A stretch of DNA of 49,964 nt, the filler included, from Streblomastix strix (taxonomy: Eukaryota): the NCBI GenBank assembly GCA_008636045.1. It is 3 parts of 3 records of this genome, joined end to end, with 100 filler letters (N's around TTAATTAATTAA, not from the genome) between each part and the next. Parts side by side here need not be neighbours in the genome. Positions count along the whole stretch, not along the records: positions 1 to 16,591 come from SNRW01000790.1; 2 more parts are not named here. One strand, 5' to 3'. Shown here one piece after another: positions 1 through 12,776 of this stretch (position 1 is the first letter of the stretch; each line of letters opens with the position of its first letter). The notes under the pieces were generated by a model. It was given only the letters and a program-made list of their open reading frames with translations, had not been told where the DNA came from and searched no databases. The position numbers and the translations under genes are program-made.

Positions 1-2
1 TT

Positions 3-722
3 TGCATAAATATTAATACAAAATATTTAGTGGTATATCCATTGATTGATAAATCAGCCGCATAAGTAGTTGGATAATTGCAAAAATTAATTAAAGATTA
101 TTACGTAAATAATATTCGTGGAGATGGTGAAAAAAGGTTTAATGGTTCTTATTTTACTTTATTTTGTTCAAGAAATAAAATTAATGGTTATTTCACAGAA
201 TCAAAATTCACAAATCATAATCGAGTAGTCGATTCAGTAATTCGAACAATAAGGAATGCGTTTGGTTATAAATTTAATTAATTTTCAACGAATCACTAAA
301 TGTAAATAGTCGTTGGTATATACAATAATACACCACATCTTGCGGTTCAAAATAAATATTGTTCATATTAGGATTAATTGTCTAGAGATTTAGAAGGATA
401 ATATATACATTCATAATTGAAGAAATTAGAGCGATAATTAGCAAGACAACGATAACAGGGCATATTATCATTTAAGGCTGGAAATATAATTCTAATACAT
501 CTTGATTTTTAAAAAACATAATAAAAATTTATGAAATAAAGAAAAAATTTTAATTAATTAGCGGAGTTTATTCGATATGTGAATGGCAATGTTTTATGCA
601 GATTATTGAATCATTCTTATAAAATAAATATAATCAAAAAACCTTCATATTATTGTAAATATGTTAGTGAAAATAAAGAATCTATACCAGAATATTATGC
701 AATAGAGTTTTTATTTAGATGA
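3..722 (+). CDS. Retroviral-type (rve/c-int) integrase, 5'-partial, 239 codons in TAR=Gln code
   Basis: Frame is open from 3 to TGA 720-722 when TAA/TAG=Gln. Motifs: ININTKYLVVYPL..KS, NIRGDGEKRF, NHNRVVDSVIRTIR, YNNTPH. Confidence 0.8.
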
Positions 723-771
723 AATATTAAAAATTTATTTATATTTTTTTTAATTTTTTATCGAATAATAA

Positions 772-1131
772 ATGACAGCTATTGAGACAATCAACGAGAC
801 AGTCAATGAAACAATATAAGCCGAATCATCACAAACAGATTCATTTAATTCAGCAAAATAAGGACGTCCAAAGAAATATACCGATAAAGAATAAACAATG
901 ATTGCAGCTAGAGAGTAACGCAGAAATGCAAGAATTAGATATAAATAAAATTAAACAAATTATGTTTCAAAAGTCAATGACATGCAATTATTGATAAACA
1001 AAAAACTTAAAAAATAATCGTAAATATTAATGATTTGATTATTATAAATGAGTTGATTAAAAAACTATGACAATAAAAAAGGCATCAACGAAGATGCAAA
1101 TGAAGATGCAAATGAAGAGGCTAACGTTTGA
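772..1131 (+). pseudogene. Small basic protein with AT-hook-like GRPKK motif, frameshifted
   Basis: MTAIETINETV...KQGRPKKYTDKEQ..AAREQRRNARIRY. Frameshifts in A-runs near 1010-1065; acidic tail ends at TGA 1129-1131. Confidence 0.5.
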
Positions 1132-1163
1132 AACATTAAATAAATTTATTTTTTCCTCAATTA

Positions 1164-1646
1164 TTGGCCAGTTGTCCAGTTGGCCACAGCTTTTTATAAA
1201 AATTTTTGACTCAGAACACTCGGAACACTCGGAACACCTAAAAGTCATTCAATACCTATTCCATTTATGCGTGCCAATTTCATAAAATTCATCGGTGTTT
1301 TATGACTCGGAAGAGTCAAATGTTCATGGATTCACCAATGAATTCACCAATAAATTTTAGGTTTCCGTTAAACAAATGTTCAAAATTTATACAACGAAAT
1401 CAATTAATAAATTGGCCAGTTGTCCAGTTGGCCACAGCTTTTTATAAAAGTTTTTGACTCGGAACACTCGGAACACTCGGAACACCTAAAAGTCATTCAA
1501 TACCTATTTCATTTACGCGTGCCAATTTCATAAAATTCATCGGTGTTTTATGACTCGGAACACTCGGAACACTATAAACGTTCAAAATTTAATGTTCAAT
1601 TTATAATGGTTTTCACTAACGAATTCATCAATAATTTTAGGTTTCC
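1164..1646 (+). repeat. Two tandem copies (period 248 bp) of the viral intergenic/subterminal repeat, variant A
   Basis: TTGGCCAG-TTGTCCAG-TTGGCCAC...TTTTTGACTCGGAAC-ACTCGGAAC-ACTCGGAAC-ACCTAAAAGTCATTCA at 1164 and 1412; same element at 39077. Confidence 0.9.
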
Positions 1647-1714
1647 AGCCGCAAGGCGAAGGTCGGAAGACCGACATAATAAAATTCATCAACCAAATCC
1701 ATTAGTCTCATCAT

Positions 1715-1982
1715 GTAATTATGAGAATATGGAGAGTGCCATACGTTCAAAAATCACCATTATTAATCAACATCATTAATCAACTTCATTAATTAATATC
1801 AATAATTATAGTTAATATCATACATTCATTAATTCAATTTCAAGTGCTTATTTTCTTTTACATTATTTTAATATAATTATTTATTTTCATTATTTATTAT
1901 TATTATTTATTATTATTATTTATTTAACATTATTTTATTTTATTTTTCAATGTGGGGCACTCTCCATATTCTCATAACTACT
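1715..1982. repeat. ~40-bp imperfect inverted repeat (1715-1755 vs 1941-1981) formed by the element terminus and an internal inverted copy
   Basis: GTAATTATGAGAATATGGAGAGTGCC (1715-1740) is the reverse complement (1 mismatch) of GGCACTCTCCATATTCTCATAACTAC (1956-1981). Confidence 0.85.
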
Positions 1983-2430
1983 GTCGCCATTTTATTAATA
2001 TTGGAAAATGTGGTCTTGAAAAAATTAAAATGTTCTCTGAAAAATAACCCCTGTTCATTCAATGGGAAAATGCGCTTGTAGCGCTATTAGACATAAATTG
2101 AAAGTTTTAGTGTCGTGGCCGATGATCTGTGGTCATTTCAAATTTTAATAGGGGTTAGATGCTAATCTTGCCATCCATATATGATCTAGAAAAAATAAGA
2201 AAATTTTGACATGAGCCCCAGCCATTATTAAAATAAATATTAATAAAAATTAATTTTATACAACAACTAGTAAATTTTTTAAAAGATTATTTATGATTTA
2301 TATATATTTTTTTTGTCCATCGTGATTTTATCTGAAAATAAATATATTATTGAAATTTCGTTTCTTCGGGAAATTATTGTTGAATTATGGGGAACATTGT
2401 CCTTTATCCTTTAACCTTCAAGATGATTTT

Positions 2431-3353
2431 TCATTTTTAAATTTTCTTTTTTTTGGTTTTCCACTAAGTTTCATCGCTAAATTTTCTTATTCTGTTGACG
2501 TGGATATAAATTGTGAAATTTGAATGTAATTTTTCTTCATACTTATAACCAGGCATATGAGTTTCAAACGGATTTCTACCGTAGATATCATTGAATGGTA
2601 GTCTACCCCAGTCTAAAGCACCAATATCATAAACTATATTAAAGTTTTCTGATTTTAGAATATCTTTCAAAATTATTTATCGTTATCTTTCAGTTAACTT
2701 CTCTTATGCAACAGTTTGATCTGGTTATTAATCTTAAAATTCAGTACTTTATCCAAAATTTTCTTAAAATTCCGTTGGATATTCTTGATTTAACTATTAA
2801 CTTTCAATTTCTTTCTATCTGGAACTTTCACGGTTCATAATATCATTTAATTTTTACTCTTCTGTTATAACTGGCCTTACGATCCCAAATTCATTGTTTG
2901 TTGAAACTGTCTAGCTTTAAAGTTATATTCAAATATATACGCATTTTCCACAAAATTATCATATATTAACTTACTTTCATTATTTATTCTGATCTCTGTT
3001 TCGAATAAATCTTACAATAAAATATTCGGAAATCCTGGATTAAAAACTATCCGACTCGCTTTATGATCCGTTAATTCAAACTTTCCAGCAAATGCGTCAA
3101 CGGGTCCTATTGATGAGTCAGTTCTACAAATTTCTTATTCAATTACAGATTATTATTCTCTTATCATTCCTTTCTTTACTTTTAGTCCTCTAGATTACAA
3201 AATTCCAGGTATTTTCGATATATTTGTAGGATTACACTTCTACTTATTTATATATCTTTACACCTTTTTGTTTTGTGTCTTTTATTACCAATCTGCGTCA
3301 CTTTCATATTATGATAAAGCACTTTTTGATTGCTTTTTGTCTTTCTTAGACAT
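2431..3353 (-). pseudogene. Uncharacterised viral-family-B protein (MSKK... family), homologue of 17172-18224
   Basis: MSKKDKKQSK...EQSVIEQEICRTD...NIVYDIGALDWGRLPFNDIYGRNPFE matches the contig-2 copy NIVYDIGALDWS*SPIKDVYGRKPFE; frameshifts present. Confidence 0.65.
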
Positions 3354-3393
3354 TTATTATATATATAAACAAATCGATATTAACCAAAATTAC

Positions 3394-3690
3394 ATGATAT
3401 TGGACAAATTAGTTACAATATCTTCTTGCATATTACTTATAGAATAGATTGTTGTATTATGGGATAAGAATTATTCTTGAAAAATGAGGTATTTTTGATT
3501 CTTCGAAATGTTAAATGCATATTATAGTAGAACAATTTCTTGTTTATTTAAATTTCTTTAATTCATTATTATGTGTTGCCACTAAATAGTATCCAGAAAT
3601 TGAGTCAAGATTCATTTTAAGATAATATAATAAGCGTCTTAAGCATGCATAAGATGTTAGCGGATAAGAAGCATCTTTGAAACTTATATA
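3394..3690 (+). pseudogene. Small protein with hydrophobic N-terminus, homologue of 18269-18654, truncated by DIRS-like sequence
   Basis: MILDKLVTISSCILLIEQI...PEIESRFILRQYNKRLKHAQDVSGQEASLKLI vs MSWDNLITISLCILLVVQI...PEIELRFLL*QFNKRLK...AQETSGQDASMKLI. Confidence 0.55.
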
Positions 3691-3729
3691 CTCGCTATGT
3701 GAGCGCTCAACAAAGTGAGTACTTCCTAT

Positions 3730-5380
3730 ATGAAAGATGATTATATATATATATTATTTTTGCGACTGCATAAGCTAGTCGCTAAATTGTAAGGAGCAAC
3801 AAACAAGATATCATCATCTTCCGAGCCAATTGCAACTAGAATGCTCCAAAGCGAGTAACTCTAACAGACTTGAGGTGAGGAACCTGAGTCAGTTGTAGAA
3901 GCAATAATTATAAAGGTAGCTGCAAGAGTAGAAGAGATGATTAAGAAATAGAATGAAATCTGGCTTGAAAATGCCTTGAAGATTGAAAATGAAAGAATCT
4001 CTGCTTAGCAGATTCTTCCTGCAAGTTCATCAATCCAACCTGTATTTTAGTCCTAAGTTCTTTAAGTCAAACTGAACTAACTCGAAAGTTCACAAAGACC
4101 CTCCCTAAACGGGAAAGGAGGCTCCAATTAATAAAAAAGAAGGAAACAACTGATATATAGTTCGAGTAAAGCATGACATAATTGCTAGAAGACTTTGTGT
4201 AAGTAGAAAAAGGAAATTTCAATCCATTGAAAAATAGGAATAGACCTGATTTCGAGGCAGAGCTTGTAAAATACAAATGGATGAATTAATCGGTTTGGAA
4301 AACTGCTAAAACTAAACAAAAGTCAGAAGAAGAGCATAATGAATAATATACAAGGCTTATCGAGACGCTTATGGCAGCACAGGGTACCACATTAAATGTA
4401 ATTCACTCTTTTTTAGGCAACGAGCCTACAGGGGAAATGCTTCTACACATCAACAAACTTTTAATATGGGCTACAGATTATAGTTCGAAAATCAGGGGAA
4501 AAAAATCAACGTTCATGCCAGTGACAAAGACATAGTTGATGGAGCTACAAGCTCAAAAGATGTCCTATCAGATGATTCAAGACAAAGGATTGAAGAGAAA
4601 AACAAGTCAAAGCTCTCAGAGAGTGTTCGATCTTTGATTATGTTGATGGCTTAACAACAGCAGTAGCAATAGCGGAACAATTTAAGTAGCAGGATCAGAT
4701 CAAGATAATAGAATCACAAGGTAAAGCTAGTCAAATGAGATGAGCGTTTAGACCCAAGTTATTCTTTATTACGTACGAAATAATAAACAGATGCTGAAAA
4801 AGATAATAAAGAAGGAGTGATTTTCAAGGGGAATCGAAATGATTCTCTTGCTATAGCCTCTTATCCAATTTTATTTAAGAGGGTTGATTTCCAGGATTGA
4901 CAGAATTCTAGTCTAGCTATAGCCCCTCAATACTCATATAGGGTTGATTTCCAGGCTAGTCAAACATCTAGTCCTGCTGTAGCCCCTTTTTACTCAATGG
5001 GAGCCGATTCCCCTGTTACTGTGAAGTCAAGTCCTGTTGTAGCCCCAGATTTTAATTCCTAAAGAGACGAATTTCAAGAATTAGTGATGATCTTTAGTAC
5101 AGATATAGACGCTTCCGGCTAGGTTCCTTTCTCCAATTAAATTCTATCTTGTTGATAAAACGTTATATCATCTTCGCTGAACCCCCCTATTTAAGACGCA
5201 TGCTGTTAGTCCTCTGATTAATGATCCAGATTAAACGCAAGATCATCACTTAAGTTGCATTAGTTCCAATGAGACTGCCTCTAAGTAGTGTCTTTAACAT
5301 GATTGGACGAAGGTTTCTGTAATTCCTTCCCTTCTTGAAACAAATTAGTGCAAGTTAGTTAGTAATCAAGAGTCTAGCAT
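3730..5380 (+). mobile_element. DIRS-like (tyrosine-recombinase retrotransposon) gag-like ORF1 plus start of RT, degenerate
   Basis: Long TAR=Gln frame (...EQYTRLIETLMAAQGTTLNVIH...VLSDDSRQRIEEK...QQQQ). It ends in MIGRRFLQFLPFLKQISASQLVIK, the IGGRLxxFxxxWxxIGA motif that precedes DIRS RT. Confidence 0.55.
4814..5050 (+). repeat. ~60-bp degenerate coding tandem repeat (about 4 units; xDFQxxxxSSxAxAP)
   Basis: GGGTTGATTTCCAGG...CTAGTC..GCT.TAGCCCC recurs at ~4881 and ~4941, with weaker units at ~4815 and ~5000. Confidence 0.75.
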
Positions 5381-6300
5381 CAAATTCGCTTTCTGATATA
5401 TAACTGCAGGAATTTGAGGATTCCCTCAAATATTATATCAAATATTGGAAATCTGAATATATTAAAGAACATATTATTTATATCTGTTGTTAACTCAATG
5501 TTTTCGCTAAAGTCATATTTGAATAAAGAAAAATAAACATAATCATTTATTTTATCATTTGTTCTTAAAGATCTCATATTGACTTTACCATTTATTAAGA
5601 ATTATGAATTCATATTAATTAAGAGTTCCACATAATAACATGATCTCATCAAAATCAAGATTCTAAATTGAGTTTTCTTCATAAGCTTGTTTCAAATCAC
5701 TTTCGTTAAGATTTATTCCTAAACATATAACATTAGATAATATTCTTGCTGTTTTAATCAAGAAACTTAGGTGTCATGCAACAAAAAACCAGAGTATTTT
5801 TGCGATGTCTACTGTCAGAAACTACATGAATAATTGTCTTTATTATTCAATAACTTGATATTGCTAAATTATGAATTTTATCTCCATCAACAATTTGTCT
5901 TGATTTATGACCAAATATATTATTAATTGGAAACTTAGCTTAATTTTATAAATCAACTAATGAACTGTTCATTTTTCAACATAATGTTTCAAAGGATTCT
6001 ATCTTATATAAATATTCAACTCCATTCAATAAAACTTGAAGCAGTTATGAAATTTTTTTTTCATTCCATTTGCCAAAAGTTGCAATTATCATTGCTTACA
6101 TTTCTAACAAAATACAAAATTAGTTTAATTATGAGAAACATGTTTCAATTTTATGAAAGGATATTTTCATTTTTTTCTTCATTCTTACTATTTTCTTTAA
6201 AATTCATCATTAATAACAAAATTTTCATTCAATTTTCAACTGTTTTTGCCCAGTTTTTATTCAAATAAATTTTTGAATTATTACTTGGTGCATGCGTAAT
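5380..6300 (-). pseudogene. Highly decayed DIRS-like tyrosine recombinase/RNase H remnant
   Basis: Minus-strand fragments FLIKTARILSNVMF..., HVIMWNSQLI and DLQEQMIKQMIMFIFLYSNMTL resemble the DIRS YR N-terminal half; many stops. Confidence 0.3.
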
Positions 6301-6329
6301 TAATATTGAAATTCAAAATAGATCAATTT

Positions 6330-6850
6330 AATTGAAGTTGATCAACGATTATAGAACGAGCTAAGGGATATAAATATGGTTTAATTACATATGAGTCAAA
6401 TTTAATATACATTTCAATAAAATAAGAATAAGATATGATGATGGCAAATTAGATAAATTTTTCTTGACTATTAATATATTAATATTATTATTTAATATAT
6501 TCAATATAATTCATAATTCATATTAATATATATATAATATTATGTTATATTTTGAGTAGTAAAAAGAGCTTGAAATGGTCAATTTAGAAAAACAAGATAA
6601 AGATGAAATAGAAAGTATGATGAAAGAAGATAAAATTGCATTGTTCATGAAAGGCGAAGCAACAAAATAATTTTATGTGGATGATTCAATATGAAAGAAA
6701 CATTAAATAATAATATTATTTAATATAATCATATATTTTTTTTTATATTCTTATTACTCAGGAAGTAACTGATTTACGGAAGGAAAGAAGATATCGTATT
6801 GCAGAATCAGATCGACATACCTCATTCAAAATTCTTCCTCAATTTATACA
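6330..6850 (+). pseudogene. Possible intron-containing monothiol glutaredoxin relic
   Basis: EIESMMKEDKIALFMKGEATK is followed by TGT GGA (C-G). After an AG acceptor (6760-6761) comes ...RHTSFKILPQF, resembling the Grx LFMKG...CGFS and S.WPT.PQ motifs. Confidence 0.35.
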
Positions 6851-6879
6851 ATATATTATTGATTAATCAGTGACCAATA

Positions 6880-8800
6880 GTAGATCTGAGTAAGAGAAGA
6901 CGCAATTGGACAAAATGATAACGCAGGAACTGTAATAGGGCATAATAAGGACAATATATAAAGATCATGCGTTATTATCGAATAGAACTTGAGCAGTTCG
7001 CAAATAATCAGGAGGATGGAGGCAATTGGAGCTGCTCAGTGGATCTAAAATCGATGATTATTCATGTAGCATTATTCCAAGAACTTCAGATATAGCTAGC
7101 CTTCTTTCATTGGCGAATTCATTACACGTAGGTGGGGAAGCCATTCGGAATATAAACTGCCCCGTTCACATTCACTAAAACGATATAAATATTGATTAAT
7201 AGAATCGGAATGCTATCGAAAGTAAGGATCATTAATTACTTGGATGATGTATTGTTTCTTTCTCAGCAGAACGAACAATTGGAATAAGAAATGGAGCGGA
7301 TAATACAAGAGTTTATGGACTTTGGATGTATTATAAATTGGGAGATGTCGTGACTAAAACCAGAGCAGAAATTTATGTTCCTTGGTTGGCAGTTTAATAT
7401 GCAGACTTTGGATATATAATCAACGAAGGAGAAAAGATGGGAGCTGATGAAATATGTATATTAACAAATCAGGATGATACAAAAACAAAAGAGAGAAGTA
7501 GTAAGAAACGTAGCAAGTTTGATTGATAAAGTTAGGTTCACCGTTCCAAAATATAAACGAGGAGGTATACACCTTTCAGAGATAAACAAAGAAATGATAA
7601 TGATGTCAAGGAAAGTAGTGTGGTATGGGCTGCTGATAGTATCAAGAAAATGCCTAGGGAAAATGTGTTGATGGCTGAATTAAATATAAAATAATCACCC
7701 AATCAGAATCTAATCTAAGAATCCAGAAATAATAATTAGAACAGATGCGTCAATGAAAGGTTGGAGAGCAGTTGCATAGAAAGAATAGGAAAAGATCTGA
7801 AAACTAATAGTTGCAATTCTGCAAATGTTCGAAGATAATGGGTAGGCTTTGACGATAAAACATATTGTAGATAAGAAAAATTACGAAGTGGACACGATTT
7901 TGACATAACTATTAGCCAAAGATTCAAAAGCGGAGGAAAAAGATTTGTTGGAAATACCATAGAATTTGGAATTTGCACCATTCTGTCTATCATAACCAAT
8001 GATAAATAGAGTGATTAATAAGGTTAAAGAAAAGTAGACTCAAGATGAATTGATTATACGATTAAAAGAAATGTTAGATACGGTGGATAATACTTTAAGA
8101 GATAATGGTGTGTGTAGAGCAAGTGGCGAATATCGAAGAAGTCTTAATTAGAGGAACGAGAATAGTGAAGAAGAACATGAAAGCACCTCTGGGTAGGATA
8201 TTAATTTTAGACCTAGACTGCGCTAAGAAGGAACAAGGCTCTTTAGATATGTGTAGAAATAGTCAAAGTTATCAAACGATGCAGTTCAAACGATAATTGA
8301 TAATATGTAAGGAAGCTGGAGAATACAGGCATATGTATTGGCAGCTTTCAAAGAATATTTTGATTCAAAAAATAACGACTATTCAAGATATAATAGTAGT
8401 TAAAAAAACTTTATGTAATGATAGTAGAATATATTAATAATCTATTGAACAAACAATCAGGAGTATTTATGATATAAGTTAGAACGTCTGCCTCGACATT
8501 ATATAATCCACTAAGAAGGAAGTTTGAATGAACTTTGGAGAAATTTTTCTAAAGAAAAAGGATGTTCACCATATAGGTATTGCAAAAAAGTAAGAAGTTT
8601 AATGGCGTAAGCTGGAGTAGATAAAAAACATATGGTAACTTCAATCAGAAAAGTCGCAATATCAACAATGTAGAATAGCGATAAAACAAAATTATAAATA
8701 GATAGATAGAGCAGACATATTGAGGCTGCATATACGGAGAGAAAACTTTGATGAAAATATTAACGATAACATAAGGAAAGCTTAATCCGAATGCATCATT
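6880..8800 (+). mobile_element. DIRS-like retrotransposon relic: RT, RNase H, tyrosine recombinase C-terminus
   Basis: ELQQGII, SVDLKS, KPFGIQTAPFTFTK, IINYLDDVLF (RT YxDD), FMFLGW, IRTDASMKGW (RNase H), and AGVDKKHMVTSIRKVAIS...IDRQSRH (YR). Internal deletions and TGA stops. Confidence 0.85.
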
Positions 8801-9049
8801 AAAACAATAAGACCATCAACAAATGAAGATCTTCGAATTAGTTTAATAAATACAGATATATGAGTATTGTTATTTTAATTGGCAAGTAAATAAATAAACT
8901 CACTACAACTAGATTTTGGTCTTTTTCTTATGCAAATTCAGATTTTGTAAAAAAAAATAATAATTAAATATATGTTTTTATACGTTTAGTTCTTTAACAA
9001 TAAATTATTCATTTTATTAATGATTTATTGATAGATGCGTTAAAACAGA

Positions 9050-11150
9050 TATACAAACCCACTCAGAATCTGACAGAAGGAAGTAATTGTCAATCATATC
9101 GTTGCAATCATTGTTATGGGTGATTTGGACTCAAGAAAAGAGGCTCTAGAGGACCACTCTGCATTGAATTACTTGATTATTGATCTTGATGAATATTGAA
9201 AGGATTACTGTTTGAAATCATTTATGGGGAAGCATAATACTACTCAGATGTAGGTATGAATGGTATAAATCCAGATTGAAGTATCAGTTAATTGGGAATT
9301 TGCTATCTTTGTGCAGTTGAAGTTGTACTGATCATTTATTGACTTTAAATCTGATTCTATGGCAAGATGAAAGGTTATGGTTGAGTATCATTTCATTGGG
9401 AGTTGAAATTAAAGGATTAAATTGGTGGTGGAGAAAAATTATTATTTAGTTATGATGAAAATGATGAAGATCCAGAAAATTGAATTTGAGAGGGTTATGA
9501 TATATATCAATTGAAATAATTCTAGTTCTATGCGCTAGAATTTTAAAATGAAGTTAGCGCACAAGTAATTGCAAGGAGCGACACAGCGAAATAAGATGCG
9601 ATAGGAATTACGAATTTGTTATTTGGAATCCTGCAGCTGAGAAAAGCAAGAGTAAAAACTAAAAGGTTTGGCCAAATGACAGTATCAGCAATCAGGAAAC
9701 AAATAATAGCACCAATGTTAAATTAAACGAAAAACCAGACTCTCATACAAAATCAAGAAACTCAAATTACAAGAACACATAAAGATATGCCACCTCCACA
9801 CTCAGGACCACGAGGACAACCTCCATCAGGACAAGGATCAACAGGACCATATGCACCAGGAAACGCAGCGATACCATAGGCAACGATTTTCCCTCCTGTA
9901 TTAAAGGCAGAATAGGAAATACCAGAAATTCCGAATGTAATGACAAAAGAAACCATCAAAGATCACATGCGTAGATGGATGTTAAATGGATTCGAACAAA
10001 TACCAGTGGGCAAGGATGATGAAGTACAGTACTGGCCGAGCTTTGGTTCAGGAGTACCACATGCAACAGACTGATTGGGAAAAGTCAAACTAATAAGATT
10101 TAACATCTTCAAAGGATGAAGTCAGAGCGTTCTGAAAAGATTACAACTTTGATTTGAGAGTGGCATGTGAAAAGAAAGAGTATGACTCTGAAGACGACTC
10201 AGAAACATTACAACCGGCTAAAACAACATGATAGGAATTTAGAAATTGATTTAGAAGAAATAGAAACAGAATCTTATCACTGCACAATATGAAATTAAGA
10301 TATGACTTATTTGACAGAAGAAGTGAATCAAGATAAAGATCAGGATCAAAAGGTTATTCAAGATCTAGAGACTATTAAAGTTCAAGAGAAACTAGAACAG
10401 AGGCTGATAGAAATTATAATAGATTTGAACCCAGAAACGAACCAAGAGGTAGAGGACGAGCAACCTTTAGAGGAAGGGACTAGAACTATTAAGGAAGAGA
10501 ACAAAGTTACCAGGATAGAGATCAACCATATCTAGAAAGATATAGAGAAGCGTAACAATATAACCCATATACAAAATAGATCTTTAACAAGACAAAGAAT
10601 CCAATAAACTGGAACAGGACACACTAATATGACAATAAAAATAGAGGAAAAGGCTGGGATGACAATCCAAATAATGAGTGGATAAAACGCACACAATTGC
10701 AATAAGACCCGCTTGAGAACCATAGTGACAGAAACTCAAGCTGGACAGAGAATGAAGTTCTTCAAAATCAAATTACAACACCATAACCCAAATTGCATAT
10801 CCAACAAACATAACGAATTTAACAGAAATAAGTACAATCAAAATAATAGACCCCAATCCAAATACCAAGATAGAGATGTTGAAAAGATACACCGTCAAAT
10901 CAAGACGACATTGATGAATAAGAAATACTACAAGAAAATCTAGCAGCATTATAGAAAAAGAAAGAATAATATGGTATATCTGACTCATATAACGATTTGT
11001 AACAAGTAATTGTAGAAATATATGATAATAATTCTCAAACATTCAAATAAGTCTTTTAATAAAAACAGCAGCAAACAAATTAATAATCAGACGTTAATTA
11101 AACAGCAAAATATCAAATAAAATAATAAACTGCAATCACTAAAAATTAAC
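9050..11150 (+). pseudogene. Gag-like ORF of a retrotransposon (Pro/Gly-rich then RS/RG/Gln-rich), disrupted
   Basis: MPPPHSGPRGQPPSGQG..., RSESRQRSGSKGYSRSRD, RGRGRATFRGRDQ; purine-rich strand bias, lies next to DIRS relics, contains in-frame TGA. Confidence 0.45.
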
Positions 11151-11159
11151 AAAAGACAG

Positions 11160-12776
11160 CTTCACCTGTGCCAAGAATGATTATTTCCGGGATGAAGAAG
11201 GGCAAACCAGGTAAGCCCCATTTCATAAGTTGGTTAAAAAAATTCACTTTATGCTTTGAGTCATACAACTTCTTGGTTATATAATAGTTATTGAATGTCG
11301 ATATTCTTGATATTCAGGAAAATGTTGGACAGCTAACTGGTTTGTAATCGAGTTCTGGTGCCCTGAGCTCAAGCTTAAATGCAGGGTTGAGGCTAAAAGA
11401 AACGGGATCAATAGAGGTTTCCGATCAGTACCAACCACCCTGTTTTTATTTTGAAAAAATATAATATGATTTATGTCAAACATAAGTTGGAATCGTAAAA
11501 TCTTCAGAAATGCATCGTAGCGAAATTGCGCAAAAATTTATTTTTGAATCGTGAGCAATCGGCAGTTTACATATGTTAATGAATTCCATTTAATTTATTT
11601 TATTTAAATTTAATAATTAATATTACTAATATATGTGATATTTTTAGGCACTGGCGCAAGCTAAAACAAAGATTTTCTTTATTTTTTTATTTTTCACATC
11701 ATTCAATATTTAATTTTAGTTTGTTATGACAATTTATGTAAATAAACCATAAAATACAAATTATAAAATTCAAATATTATATTTATTTCGACTAAAGTGC
11801 AAATGTGCGAAAAGGAAAAAACTAAAATCGCGAATTTGCGTCATGTAGATTAAAAATTATCAATTTTATTATATAAAATTTAATTAAAAATTAAAAAACA
11901 TCAAATTAAATACTAATTAATAAAAATAATTATATGAATGTTTCAAAAAATGAAAAATATAAAAAAAAGTTTTTTTTCTCCATAGCTAGTGCTTAAAAAT
12001 ATAGCAAATATTAATAATATTTAATAAAATATTTTTATAAAATAAAATATATAAAATTCAAGAGTATATACAACCTGCCTCTGGCTAGCGAACCAAAAAG
12101 AAAATTTCGCACAACTCCATCATGGTGGATTTTTAAACATTTTACAATTCCAACTTCTTTTAATTTAAAATCATGTTACATTATTTTTAAAAAAAGTTGA
12201 GGTGGTTGTTTGTGACCGGATACTCCCAACATCAGCCAGTAATAAGGAAAGAACAGAACCTTAAATGAATGAATGCTAAGAGGATAATGCAGAAGAGGAA
12301 GAAGATGAGTAAACCGATGAAGCAGCATTAAACCAAAACAAAGACTATAGAGTTAATATAATCTCATAGCTCCCAGTTTAAGAGAATCTTGGTTAATAAC
12401 CATAAAATGACCAGGGCTTAAATGCTATGAGTTAAACAGAAAAAAATGATATTGGTCCTGCTCAAGTTGGAGTACAGGAGAAGCCTAAGAAAGGGAAAGT
12501 AAGCAAAAAGACAAAAATAGCAGGTTTAAATACCTCTTACGAACCAAGCTAGGGAAGCAATGCACAAACTCAAACTAAAATATCTTTAGCAGTTCCATAA
12601 CCTAAGGTTACGCCCAAAAAAGGCACGAAAAAGCCTAAATAAGTTAAATCCGAACTAAAAAACTCTAACGATGATGAAGACGGTGAGTAAAGCTCCTGAT
12701 CAGGCAGGGATACTCCAACCAAGGGAGATCAGCGTTGAGATCTCCCTCTGGGACAGAGAAAAGGAGTGCGCTAATG
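11160..12776 (+). pseudogene. Second gag-like/low-complexity ORF fragment split by a foldback element
   Basis: Removing 11414-12231 joins ...LNAGLRLKETGSI to SASNKERTEPQMNECQEDNAEEEEDEQ...QEKPKKGKVSKKTK in frame. Confidence 0.5.
11414..12227. mobile_element. 814-bp non-coding foldback (palindromic) MITE-like element with GRG termini and 4-bp TSD
   Basis: The arms are degenerate reverse complements over ~300+ bp (e.g. AAGTTGGAATCGTAAAAT / ATTTTACAATTCCAACTT). Flanks are AATA/AACA, and excision restores the host frame. Confidence 0.8.

Larger units (their letters stand above)
1..1982 (+). mobile_element. Right end of a Polinton/Maverick-like endogenous virus (family A): integrase, AT-hook ORF, subterminal repeats, ACTACT terminus
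   Basis: The rve-type integrase is followed by the repeat family also seen between viral genes in contig 3. The segment ends in ...CTCATAACTACT (1977-1982), the AGTAGT/ACTACT-type end typical of Polintons. Confidence 0.7.

Noticed and set aside
1057..1779. ORF-track peptides with SEHSEH / SMHSMH motifs (also 38453-38653, 49622-49922)
   Set aside because: Chance translations of the non-coding 9-mer repeat, occurring on either strand.
1989..2232. Weak inverted similarity just outside the viral terminus
   Set aside because: Match is limited to AT-rich bases and is not distinguishable from background.
6880..7800. RT as a DGR/retron acting on the fibre genes
   Set aside because: The RT is followed by RNase H and YR motifs typical of DIRS, lies on another contig, and no TR/VR pair with adenine-specific differences was seen.
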